Shown here piece by piece: positions 23,138 through 32,098 of a DNA stretch of 48,996 bases; the first letter of the stretch is position 1; every line of letters starts with the position of its first letter. The translations under genes were made by a program, and so were the position numbers. The stretch covers positions 1 to 48,996 of the forward strand of contig JBJSXF010000125.1 in NCBI GenBank assembly GCA_046086225.1. The letters are read 5' to 3'. The notes below the pieces were generated by a model. That model was not told the DNA's origin. It saw only the letters and a program-made list of their open reading frames with translations, and ran no database searches. The DNA is from Actinomycetota bacterium. GTDB taxonomy: Bacteria; Actinomycetota; Acidimicrobiia; IMCC26256; PALSA-610.

Positions 23138-24475
23138 TCAGCCGCGACGGACCAGGTCGAGCACCTCGGCCGTGCGGGTCGCGCACGCCTCGGCGTCGGG
23201 TGCTTCGAGGTTGAGCCGCAGCAGAGGCTCCGTGTTGCTCGGACGCAGGTTGAACCACCAGGGCCCGCAATCGACGGTCAAGCCGTCGAGCCGATCCTGG
23301 GGCCACTCGCCGTAGGCCCGAGCCACCCGCTCGATCACCTCGGCCGGATCGTCGACCCGGGAGTTGATCTCTCCGCTCTGGGCGTAGCGCTCGAACGGCT
23401 TGCGCAGCTCCGAGAGCGGCACCCCCGACCGGCACAGCTGCTCGAGCACGCACAGCGCTGCGATCGAACCCGAGTCGGCCCGCCAGTTGTCGCGGAAGTA
23501 GTAGTGCGCCGAGTGCTCGCCGCCGAAGATCGCCCCGGTCTCGGCCATCACCTGCTTGATGAACGAGTGGCCCACCCGCGTCCGCATCGGCGTCCCCCCG
23601 TGCTCGCGCACGACCTCGGGGACGGCACGCGAGCAGATGAGGTTGTGCACGACGATCTCACCCGGATTCCGGTCGAGGATCCCGGCCGCCACGATCGCGG
23701 TCGTGGTCGAGCCGCTCACCGGCTCGCCCCGGTCGTCGACGAGGAACACACGGTCGGCGTCGCCGTCGAATGCGAGGCCGACGTCGGCCTTCGACTCGAC
23801 CACCGCCCGCCGCAGGTCGGCCAGGTTCTCCACCTGGATCGGGTCGGCGGGATGGTTCGGGAACGTACCGTCGAGCTCGGGGAACAGGACCGTGAGGTCG
23901 AACGGGAGGCCGGCGAAGACCTTCGGCACGACGAGTCCGCCCATCCCGTTGGCGGTGTCGGCGACGACCCGCAGCGGCGAGAGGACGCCCGGGTCGACGA
24001 ACGAGCGGACGTGCTCGCCGAACTCCTCGAGGAGGTCGACGCGGTCGATCTTGCCCGCCGTCTCCCCGCGGGAGGTGACCCCCGAGGCCACCATCTCCTT
24101 GATCTGGGCGAGACCCGTCTGCTCCCCCACGGGTGCCGCTCCGGCCCGACACAGCTTGATGCCGTTGTATTGGGCCGGGTTGTGACTCGCGGTGAACATC
24201 GCGGCCGGGGCGTCGAGCCGGCCGGCCGCGAAGTACGCGACGTCGGTCGAGCAGAGCCCGATGTCGGTGACGTCGGCCCCGGCCGCCGTCGCCCCCTCGA
24301 TGAACGCGTCGGCGAGCGGCTCGGACGACGGCCGCATGTCCCGCCCGACGACCATCCGGTGCGCCCCGGTGAAGTGGGCGAAGGCGTTCCCGATCCGGCG
24401 CGCGAGTGCCTCGTCGATCTCGTCCGGGTAGAGGCCGCGCACGTCGTAGGCCTTGAAGATCGCGTCGAGGGACAC
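23138..24475 (-). CDS. manB: Phosphomannomutase/phosphoglucomutase
   Basis: FKAYDVRG...FTASHNPAQYNGIK (active-site Ser loop)...AFDGDADR...GGEHSAHYYF. GGAAGGGGAA lies upstream of the GTG start. Confidence 0.92.
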   Translation of the reverse strand: MSLDAIFKAYDVRGLYPDEIDEALARRIGNAFAHFTGAHRMVVGRDMRPSSEPLADAFIEGATAAGADVTDIGLCSTDVAYFAAGRLDAPAAMFTASHNPAQYNGIKLCRAGAAPVGEQTGLAQIKEMVASGVTSRGETAGKIDRVDLLEEFGEHVRSFVDPGVLSPLRVVADTANGMGGLVVPKVFAGLPFDLTVLFPELDGTFPNHPADPIQVENLADLRRAVVESKADVGLAFDGDADRVFLVDDRGEPVSGSTTTAIVAAGILDRNPGEIVVHNLICSRAVPEVVREHGGTPMRTRVGHSFIKQVMAETGAIFGGEHSAHYYFRDNWRADSGSIAALCVLEQLCRSGVPLSELRKPFERYAQSGEINSRVDDPAEVIERVARAYGEWPQDRLDGLTVDCGPWWFNLRPSNTEPLLRLNLEAPDAEACATRTAEVLDLVRRG

Positions 24476-24568
24476 CGTTCCCCTTCCGGGTCGCCGCTCG
24501 GGGGCGACCGACGAGCGGCCGCCCCCCGTCGGGGCAACCGGCGCCCGGGGCGGGCCCGAGCCGATGGG

Positions 24569-27373
24569 TCAGCGTAGCGGCGGGTCGGACGGGGCCGGGT
24601 CCGGGGGCTCCGGCGCGGTCGACCCCGGGCCCGGCGCCGCAGCGGCGTAGCGGGCCCCCCCTTTCCACCGGGCGAGCAGCACCAGACCGACGAGGCCGAG
24701 GAGGCTCAGGATCCGTCCGATCCAGTCGGCCGCCGTGAGGCCGTAGGTGAGCCGGACCTCGTTCCCGGTGGGGACGACGACCATCAGGTTCGGGGCGATC
24801 CGGTAGGGGCCCCGGGCGCCGTGCGCCTCCCAGTTCGGGTAGTAGGACTCGCGGATCAGCACCGGCCGGCCGGGCTCCGACACCCGGAAGGAGATCTCGT
24901 CGACCGACCGGCGCACGTCGGAGACGGTCACCGGCTCCACCGGACGCAGACGAACCGTGCGGAGATCGTCGATGCCGACCCGGCGCCACTCCGCCGGGCC
25001 GGATTGCACGAACGGGACGTCGAGGCGGTCCCGATCGGTCCACCAGGGCGCAACCGCGCACTCCCACGCGTGGAGTTCGGGCTCGACCGTGCCGCTCGCC
25101 GGAGGATCGGAGCCGAAGCACTCCGAGGTCGTGCCGCCCCGGATGGCGGCAACGACCGGCTCCCGATCCATGCCGACGACGAGATCGCTGCCGGCTACCT
25201 CGTAGACGCGCCAGCGTCGCAGACTCGATCCGGACGGACCGGCGATGGGCGGATCCTGCGCGATCTCCTTCACGAAGGTGAGCGCCGACGACCGATCGGC
25301 CTTCGCGATCGCCGTGTCGGTCCAGGCCATGTAGTAGCGGACGCCCAGATCGCGCAGGTGCCGCACGCAGAGATCGAAGTCGGCGGCGAGCGATCCGTAC
25401 TCGAGTCCGCGCACCGGGTTCGACGGGAACTTCGCGCACTCGGCGACGGTGAGGAAGTGGTACGAGGTCGTCGCCGAGGACTCGAAGTAGATGCCCTCCA
25501 TCGAGCCGATCCGGCCGTCCGTGAAGAACGGTAGGAGCTCGAGCGCGAGGCTCGTGCCGTAGCTGTTGATCGCGTCGGGCGTGCCCGAGGACGGTTCCCA
25601 GAGCACCCGCCCCGGTCCCCGCTCGCGGGACAGGTCGTCCATCCCCTCGAGCACCGCCCGGTACTGGGGCCATGCCGCCTTGCGCTCGTAGCCGGAGTAG
25701 TTCCAGGCCGCCCAGCCGGTGATGGCTACCGCCGGGTTGCCGTAACGGGCATCCCATGCCCGGACGAGCGCGAAGCCACCTCCTACCGCGAGCAGCGCGG
25801 CCACGGCCGCCGCCGCGACGCGCCGCGCGTCGTGGGTCACCCGCTCGGGCCGGAGTCGCTCCGGCGGCGACCACCCGGGCGGATCGGCCGTGAAGTGACG
25901 ATCGGCCAAGACACGCACCGCCTCGCGCCGCGCGGCCTCGTCGACGTCGCCGTCGGGCGCGGTGGCCAGGTCGGCCCACGCTCGGGCCCGTTCGTCCTGG
26001 AGGTCGCCGTCGCGCACCCAGCGCAGGGCCTGACCAGCGATCGCCGCGAGGAGCCGGGCGAGCTCGGTCGCGCCCATCGCGGCCAGGAAGGCCCAGGTGA
26101 GCACCCAGAACGGCAGGAACCGGGTGTTCCAGATCGCGTGCTCCGGCCACTGGACGAAGAGCACGGCGAGGATGCCGGCGAGGAGCAGCAGGAGGAGAGT
26201 CGGGCGGCGGCGGTACCAGCCCGCGGCGACGATCGCGATCGCCCCGAGCCCCCACACCCACCAGGGGAGCCACAGCAGCTGCGTACCCGTCGTGCCGTCG
26301 GCCGCCCGCTGCTCGCCGAGCGCACGGACGAGCTGCTCGACCGTGTTGCGCACCGGACCGGGCAGCGGGAGCCACGACGGCAGCGCGAACCCGCCCCCCG
26401 GCAGCACCTTGGTGTAGCGCATGCTCTGCGTGTAGGACTGGTTCGCCAGCAGCGGCACGGTCCACACCGCAGTGAGAAGCCCGGCGGTGCCGCCGATCGC
26501 GACGGCGAGCGGCCACGTGCGGAGCGGCCGTCGGGTCAGCCACATCAGCGTGGCCGCGAGGGCGATGAAGATCCCCACCACGATGTGCGACAGCAACGAC
26601 AGCGCGATCAGCGCGGCCGGCAGCCACCGACGCCGACCGGTCTCCAGCGTGACGCCGAGCGCACCGAGTCCGAACAGCGCGAGTGCGAGCGCGAGCGTGA
26701 ACGAGAACTCGCCGGCGAGCGTGCTCGCGATGTTGCCGCCGTAGATCTGCCAGTCGCTCCGCGTCTGCACGAGGGTCGCGAGCGCCGCGATCGCGAACGC
26801 GGGCGGCGCCGGCCACGGGGCCCGCAGGCCGCGAGCGAACGACCAGGCGGCGACCGGCAGGAGCAGCGGACCGGACACCGTGACGAGCTTGAACGCCACG
26901 TTGTAGGGAACGAAGGGCACGTGGTCGAGCAGAGCGATGAGGATCGCCGGGACCGGGAAGTAGTACTGGCCGACCGGGAAGCCCGCGTACCAATCGGGCG
27001 CCCACCCCGAGAGCCGTCCCCGCCAGAGCCAATGCTGCTCGAGGAACCACGGCCACCACACGTGAGCGCCCATGTCGCCACCGTTGGCGGTGGTGTTGGC
27101 GAACAGGTCGCCGAACCGCAGTCCCGAGAACGACGGGTAGGGCACGATCCCCCACCAGCCGATGCGGACCCCCCAATCGTGACCGGGGTTCAGGATGCTG
27201 AACACCAGCCACGTCGCGATCGCGACGAGCACCCAGCCGACGAGCCGACCGGCCGACGGACGGCGCCGACGACGCCTTCCGAGGCCGCTCTCGCCGGAGG
27301 CCGGGGACGCCACGTCGACCGTCACGGCCCCGTCCGCGGGGTCGGATTCAGGCGGGAGGTCGGAGGCGGACAC
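24569..27373 (-). CDS. Large polytopic membrane protein, GT-C-like/COG5617-like putative glycosyltransferase with C-terminal extracytoplasmic domain and terminal TM anchor
   Basis: After a basic tail there are about 12-13 TM helices. The N-terminal motif is GGDMGAHVWWPWFL...GWAPDWYAGFPVGQYYFPVP. The large soluble domain ends ...SYYPNWEAHGA.GPYRIAPNLMVVVP.G..V.L.Y, followed by a TM. The start was trimmed to GTG 27373 because the track ORF overlaps the CPBP gene. The family call is from memory of the motif pattern. Confidence 0.55.
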   Translation of the reverse strand: MSASDLPPESDPADGAVTVDVASPASGESGLGRRRRRRPSAGRLVGWVLVAIATWLVFSILNPGHDWGVRIGWWGIVPYPSFSGLRFGDLFANTTANGGDMGAHVWWPWFLEQHWLWRGRLSGWAPDWYAGFPVGQYYFPVPAILIALLDHVPFVPYNVAFKLVTVSGPLLLPVAAWSFARGLRAPWPAPPAFAIAALATLVQTRSDWQIYGGNIASTLAGEFSFTLALALALFGLGALGVTLETGRRRWLPAALIALSLLSHIVVGIFIALAATLMWLTRRPLRTWPLAVAIGGTAGLLTAVWTVPLLANQSYTQSMRYTKVLPGGGFALPSWLPLPGPVRNTVEQLVRALGEQRAADGTTGTQLLWLPWWVWGLGAIAIVAAGWYRRRPTLLLLLLAGILAVLFVQWPEHAIWNTRFLPFWVLTWAFLAAMGATELARLLAAIAGQALRWVRDGDLQDERARAWADLATAPDGDVDEAARREAVRVLADRHFTADPPGWSPPERLRPERVTHDARRVAAAAVAALLAVGGGFALVRAWDARYGNPAVAITGWAAWNYSGYERKAAWPQYRAVLEGMDDLSRERGPGRVLWEPSSGTPDAINSYGTSLALELLPFFTDGRIGSMEGIYFESSATTSYHFLTVAECAKFPSNPVRGLEYGSLAADFDLCVRHLRDLGVRYYMAWTDTAIAKADRSSALTFVKEIAQDPPIAGPSGSSLRRWRVYEVAGSDLVVGMDREPVVAAIRGGTTSECFGSDPPASGTVEPELHAWECAVAPWWTDRDRLDVPFVQSGPAEWRRVGIDDLRTVRLRPVEPVTVSDVRRSVDEISFRVSEPGRPVLIRESYYPNWEAHGARGPYRIAPNLMVVVPTGNEVRLTYGLTAADWIGRILSLLGLVGLVLLARWKGGARYAAAAPGPGSTAPEPPDPAPSDPPLR

Positions 27374-27420
27374 CAGGCGAAAGGATGCCAGACCGCGACG
27401 ACGCGAACCCGGCAGGTCGC

Positions 27421-28152
27421 TCAGGAGCCCGTGACCGCCAGCACCACCGTCACGAGGTTGAAGCCGATGTGGAGGAACACCGCGGCCGAGATGTCCCGGC
27501 GGCGGGCCGCCACCGCGCCGCACAGGACTCCGAGCCCGAAGAGCGCGGGGACGACGGCGAGGTCGCCGAGCGTCGGGCTGAGGAGCGGGTGCACGAGGGC
27601 GAACACGAGCGCCTGGATCACGATCGCGGCGACGACGGTCGTGCGGCGCTGCAGCGCCCGCAGCAGCAGCCCGCGGAATACGAGCTCCTCGGCGAACGGG
27701 GCGATGATCGCGGCCGTGAGCGCGAAGACGACGAGCTTGGCGCCGCCGGCCTGCTCCAGCTCGTCGACCACGGCCTGGCTCTCCCCCACCATTCTCACGA
27801 TCGGGGCGATCGCCAGGCTCGAGCACACGAAGACGGCGATACCCGCAGGTACGGCCCACAGGTCGCCGGGCGCGAGGCGGAGACCGAGATCACCGGTCGG
27901 GGAACGCCCCTTCACCCGCGCGACCACCCAGCATCCGGCCACCCACCCGCCGAACTGACCGAAGACCGCGGCCGCCGTGACCGCCGCACCGTCGATTTCG
28001 CCGCCGACGACGGCGAGCGCGACCGCCGACGTGACGGCGGAGACGACGATGCCACCGATCCACACCAGCACGAAGTCGGGCAGGCCCCACCGGACGGGCG
28101 GACGTCCGGCCGGCGCGTCGCCATACGGAAGCCCGAATGCACCGGAGACCAT
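27421..28152 (-). CDS. CPBP-family (CAAX/Abi) intramembrane metalloprotease
   Basis: It has the PFAEELVFRGLLL (EExxxR) motif plus ALVFALVHP and FLHIGFN motifs in a multi-TM protein. Confidence 0.8.
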   Translation of the reverse strand: MVSGAFGLPYGDAPAGRPPVRWGLPDFVLVWIGGIVVSAVTSAVALAVVGGEIDGAAVTAAAVFGQFGGWVAGCWVVARVKGRSPTGDLGLRLAPGDLWAVPAGIAVFVCSSLAIAPIVRMVGESQAVVDELEQAGGAKLVVFALTAAIIAPFAEELVFRGLLLRALQRRTTVVAAIVIQALVFALVHPLLSPTLGDLAVVPALFGLGVLCGAVAARRRDISAAVFLHIGFNLVTVVLAVTGS

Positions 28153-28159
28153 GCGGAGC

Positions 28160-28165
28160 AACCTA
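28160..28165 (-). promoter_or_regulatory. -10-like TAGGTT hexamer 7 nt upstream of the CPBP ATG
   Basis: The minus strand reads cggTAGGTT-gctccgc-ATG. There is no Shine-Dalgarno. Confidence 0.35.
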
Positions 28166-28208
28166 CCGACGGTCCGTCCCCGAGGGCGGACGCTGTCACA
28201 CCGGGCCG

Positions 28209-28214
28209 TAGCAT
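28209..28214 (+). promoter_or_regulatory. Candidate -10 (TAGCAT) for ftsH, leadered
   Basis: TAGCAT lies 27 nt upstream of ATG 28242, which is preceded by GGAAGAGAG. No convincing -35 was seen. Confidence 0.25.
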
Positions 28215-28241
28215 GATCGTCCGAGCGACGGAAGAGAGCCG

Positions 28242-30266
28242 ATGACCCCTCCCGACGAGCAGTGGCGACCCCCGGACCCGCCGGGTCGCGCCCCGCGCCC
28301 CGCACCGACCGGGAAGCCCGCGAGCCGGCCCAAGTGGCTGCCCTGGCTCATCGTCGCCCTCATCGTCGGCGCCTTCCTCGTGTGGCGCACCACCCCGGGT
28401 ACGAAGCCCGACCAGGTGAAGATCGACTACGGGCAGTTCCGCACGCTCGTGCAGGAAGGCAAGGTCGAGTCGATCACCTACAACTCGGCGACCGGCCGAA
28501 TCACCGGTGACTTCAAGGGCGACTTCACCGAGGAGGGCAAGCCCGAGTTCGTGACCCAGGGCCAGGAGGGCACGCTCCCCGAGGCCGACATCAATCTCCT
28601 CGACGAGCAGGACGTCGCCCGCAACTACAAGCCCCGCTCGACCGACTGGTTCGCGGCGATCCTCGTCTGGGTCGTGCCCTTCGCCCTGCTCGGCCTCATC
28701 TGGTGGTTCATCGCCCGACGGGCCCAGGGCCAGATGGGCTCGGTGATGAGCATCGGCCGCTCGCGGGCGAAGGTCTACACGGCTGACAAGCCGAAGACGA
28801 CGTTCGCCGACGTCGCCGGATACTCCGCCGTGAAGGAGGAGATCACCGAGGTCGTCGACTTCCTCAAACATCCCGGCCGGTTCACCGACATCGGCGCCCG
28901 CATCCCGAAGGGCGTGCTGCTCGTCGGCCCGCCCGGCACCGGCAAGACCCTCATCGCCCGCGCCGTCGCCGGCGAGGCGGGCGTGCCGTTCATCTCCATC
29001 ACCGGATCCGACTTCATGGAGATGTTCGTCGGCGTGGGGGCGGCCCGGGTCCGTGACCTCTTCCAGACGGCCCGCAAGCAGTCGCCGGCGATCATCTTCG
29101 TCGACGAGATCGACTCGATCGGGCGCAAGCGCGGCGCCGGACTCGGTGGCGGGCACGACGAGCGCGAGCAGACGCTCAACCAGATGCTCTCCGAGATGGA
29201 CGGATTCGAGGCCACCGAGGGAATCGTGATGATGGCGGCCACCAACCGGCCCGACATCCTCGATCCGGCCCTGCTGCGTCCCGGCCGGTTCGACCGGCAG
29301 GTGCTCGTGCCCCTGCCGACCCAGGACGAGCGCATCGAGATCCTCCGGGTCCACATGCGTGACAAGCGCATCGACGGTGACGTCGACGTGGAGATCGTGG
29401 CCCGGGGAACGCCGGGCATGAGCGGTGCCGACCTCGCCAACCTCGTGAACGAGGCCGCCCTCTTCGCCGTCCGGCGCGGCTCCCACGAGATCCACCGCCA
29501 GGACTTCGATGCCGCCCGTGACCGAGTGATCATGGGCCTCAAGCGCGAGTCGCTCGCCCTCTCCGAGGAGGAGAAGGAGGTCGTCGCCTACCACGAGGGC
29601 GGCCACGCCGTGTGCGCCTACGTGCTCGAGCATGCCGACCCGCTGCACAAGGTGACGATCCTGCCGACGGGCATGGCCCTCGGGGTCACCCACCAGCTCC
29701 CCGTCGAGGAACGCCACATCTACAAGCGCGAGTACATCGCCGACTCGATCGTCGTCCGCCTCGGTGGGCGCGTCGCCGAGGAGCTCGTGTTCGGGCACCA
29801 GTCGACCGGCGCCCAGAACGACCTCGTCGGCAACACCGAACTCGCCCGCAAGATGGTGCGGGAGTGGGGCATGTCCGATCGGATCGGCCCCATGGCCTGG
29901 GGATCGCAGGGCGCGGTGTTCCTCGGCGAGGACCTCATGCACTCCCGCGACTACTCCGACGAGACCGCCCGGGTGATCGACGAGGAGGTGGAGCGGATCC
30001 TGCGCGACGAGGAGGACCGCTGCCGCCGAGTGCTCACCGAGTACCGCCCCGGACTCGACGCCGTCGCCCGAGCGCTCCTCGAGCAGGAGACGCTCGAGGG
30101 CGTCGAGGTCGAGCGTCTCGTCGACGAGGCGATGGGGCGCAAGGTCGGCGGACCCCGGGTGATCGCCCGGGCCGACGGCGCCGCCGGGACCCCCCAGCCC
30201 GCCGGAGTCGCCGAGGCCTCGGCGGTCAGCGACGTCGTACGCCCGCCCGGCCCGCCGACGGTCTGA
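28242..30266 (+). CDS. ftsH: ATP-dependent zinc metalloprotease FtsH
   Basis: It has Walker A GPPGTGKT, Walker [31 protein letters not shown] and the zinc site HEGGHA. Confidence 0.97.
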   Translation: MTPPDEQWRPPDPPGRAPRPAPTGKPASRPKWLPWLIVALIVGAFLVWRTTPGTKPDQVKIDYGQFRTLVQEGKVESITYNSATGRITGDFKGDFTEEGKPEFVTQGQEGTLPEADINLLDEQDVARNYKPRSTDWFAAILVWVVPFALLGLIWWFIARRAQGQMGSVMSIGRSRAKVYTADKPKTTFADVAGYSAVKEEITEVVDFLKHPGRFTDIGARIPKGVLLVGPPGTGKTLIARAVAGEAGVPFISITGSDFMEMFVGVGAARVRDLFQTARKQSPAIIFVDEIDSIGRKRGAGLGGGHDEREQTLNQMLSEMDGFEATEGIVMMAATNRPDILDPALLRPGRFDRQVLVPLPTQDERIEILRVHMRDKRIDGDVDVEIVARGTPGMSGADLANLVNEAALFAVRRGSHEIHRQDFDAARDRVIMGLKRESLALSEEEKEVVAYHEGGHAVCAYVLEHADPLHKVTILPTGMALGVTHQLPVEERHIYKREYIADSIVVRLGGRVAEELVFGHQSTGAQNDLVGNTELARKMVREWGMSDRIGPMAWGSQGAVFLGEDLMHSRDYSDETARVIDEEVERILRDEEDRCRRVLTEYRPGLDAVARALLEQETLEGVEVERLVDEAMGRKVGGPRVIARADGAAGTPQPAGVAEASAVSDVVRPPGPPTV

Positions 30267-30272
30267 GGCTGG

Positions 30273-30689
30273 TCAGCCCCGAAGGTCGGCGAGCGCGCCC
30301 CAGAGGTCGGTCGCGGTGAAGGTGCCGATGAAGCTCGCCCGCACCACCCCGTCGGCGTCGGCCACCACGGTGAGCGGTACGGCAGTGATCCCGTAGCGCT
30401 CCTGCAGCTCGCGCCGGGCCGGATAGCCGACCTCGGTCACCGCCACCTCGGGCCCGGCCAACGGGAGCGCCTTCTCGGGCAGTCCCGCACACGAGGCGCA
30501 CGCCTGCGACGTGAAGAGCACGACGAGCCACGCCGTTGACGGTTCGGGGAAGTCGGCTCGGTCGAGCTGCGCGGGCACGACCGGGGCGCCCTGCGACGGC
30601 ACGTCCCGGCGTCGGCGCCGCTCCATCCACCACGCCACGGCGACCACGATCGCCACCACCACTCCGGCGACGGCGACACGGGTGATCAC
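30273..30689 (-). CDS. Membrane-anchored thioredoxin-like protein with CASC (CxxC) motif
   Basis: 138 aa. An N-terminal TM (VAVAGVVVAIVVAVAWW) is followed by LVVLFTSQACASCAG...YGITAVPLTVVAD.DG, a thioredoxin-fold pattern. GTG 30689 overlaps the DUF5719 stop (GTGA). Confidence 0.6.
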   Translation of the reverse strand: MITRVAVAGVVVAIVVAVAWWMERRRRRDVPSQGAPVVPAQLDRADFPEPSTAWLVVLFTSQACASCAGLPEKALPLAGPEVAVTEVGYPARRELQERYGITAVPLTVVADADGVVRASFIGTFTATDLWGALADLRG

Positions 30690-32098
30690 GGACGGCGGAT
30701 CCCGGGCGCCGTCGTGATGTCCGACTCCCCGGTGATGATCCGACCGACGACGACCGGTCGGTCGGCGTCGACGAGCACGCCCGTATCGCCACCGCGACCG
30801 GGCACAGTGAGCATCGCCTCCCGCCCGGCGGCCACGGTGACGGCCCGTCGGGTGGCGGCCCGCCCCGCGCCGGCGAGGGTCGAGACCACGGCCCGCACCG
30901 GAGTCGATCCCGGGTTGGCGACCGCGACGACGGTCGGCGCGCCCGCCCCGCGCACGGCGGTCGCGGCGAGCGCCCAGCGCGGCCCCGGACGGGCGACCCC
31001 CATGAGCGAGGCCGCCCAGGAACGGCCCGACCCGACGACGGCCCGACCGAGGGTCTGGGCGACGACGGGCACGTCGCGGTCGGCCCGGACGTCGAGGCCG
31101 TAACGCGCGCCGGGAACGAGCGCGAGACACGGATCGTCACCGGTGCAGCGTCCGAGGCGCACCCAGACGACCTCGTCACGACCCACGCCGACCGTCACCG
31201 GTTGCACGGGCTCGCCACCGCCCGGAAGGGCCTGGACGGTGACCTTGGTGTCGGCCGAACCGGGGCTGGCCACCGCGATCCAGGACTCGGTGCCGCCCTC
31301 GGTGCCGACTCCGGCGAACCACCAATGGCCGGCGGGCGCCGGAGCACCGAGCGAGGTGGCGATCCCGGTCGAGCCCGACGTCGGGGTGAACACGACGGTC
31401 TGGGCCGCCACCACGCGCCCGAAGGTCACCCGCACGTCGACGGCGACCCGGGCGGCGCGTACCGCGTACCGCTGGACGGGGACGGCGATCCGGGACCGGC
31501 GGAGCAGGTCGAGCCCCTGGAGCCGCTCGGGCCGACGCACTCCGGCATCGGTACGGAAGGTGACGTCGACGCGCGCGTCGGTAGCGAACGGATTGGCGAG
31601 CACGAGCCATTGCTCGACGCCGCGCCGGGTCGTCCCCGCCGCGAAGTGCCACTGGGTCGCCGCCTCCGAGGCGCACGGACCGATCTCGGTCCCGGGGTCA
31701 CCGTTGACCCCCTCCTCCACGACGACCGGCGCACCACGCGACTCGACGACGACGGTCCCGGGCGGACCGAGGTCCCGCCGCAGGAAGGTCCGGGTCGCCG
31801 TCGCGGCGACCGTCGCCCCGCGTCGGCGGGCCCGAGCCCCGTCGGCGAACACGGTGATGACGAGATCGGCGGTGACCCGACCCAGATTGGTGACGGTGAG
31901 GCGGGCGCCGTCACCGTCGACCGCAGGTGGCAGACCGGGACAGAACCACGCGGTCGAGCCTCCGATGCCGGGGCGCAGCGCCGTCGGATCGAGCACGACC
32001 GCGGCCGAGCGATCGGGATCGGACGCCCGACCCGCGACGAGTCCCGCGGCCAGGAGGGCGGCGAGGAACGCCACGAAGAGGACCCGGCGGCGGCTCAT
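30686..32098 (-). CDS. DUF5719-like exported protein (signal/anchor + four repeated beta-rich modules)
   Basis: The N-terminal signal is RRVLFVAFLAALLAAGLVAG. Repeated W-x-F/C-x-G ... NP modules follow (WFCPG, WHFAAGTTRRGVEQWLVLANP, WWFAGVGTEGGTESWIAVASP, RWALAATAVRG...VAVANP). ATG 32098 overlaps the upstream stop (ATGA). The family name is recalled, not searched. Confidence 0.6.
   Translation of the reverse strand: MSRRRVLFVAFLAALLAAGLVAGRASDPDRSAAVVLDPTALRPGIGGSTAWFCPGLPPAVDGDGARLTVTNLGRVTADLVITVFADGARARRRGATVAATATRTFLRRDLGPPGTVVVESRGAPVVVEEGVNGDPGTEIGPCASEAATQWHFAAGTTRRGVEQWLVLANPFATDARVDVTFRTDAGVRRPERLQGLDLLRRSRIAVPVQRYAVRAARVAVDVRVTFGRVVAAQTVVFTPTSGSTGIATSLGAPAPAGHWWFAGVGTEGGTESWIAVASPGSADTKVTVQALPGGGEPVQPVTVGVGRDEVVWVRLGRCTGDDPCLALVPGARYGLDVRADRDVPVVAQTLGRAVVGSGRSWAASLMGVARPGPRWALAATAVRGAGAPTVVAVANPGSTPVRAVVSTLAGAGRAATRRAVTVAAGREAMLTVPGRGGDTGVLVDADRPVVVGRIITGESDITTAPGIRRP

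Noticed and set aside
23658-27212. 1184-aa minus-strand ORF, plus the 599-aa and 708-aa plus-strand ORFs in the same region
   Set aside because: These are out-of-frame or antisense shadows of manB and the GT-C-like membrane protein. They translate to Arg/Pro/Gly-rich low-complexity sequence.
27912-29942. 676-aa minus-strand ORF
   Set aside because: It is antisense to ftsH, whose AAA+ and HEGGH motifs are unambiguous. It has no motifs of its own.
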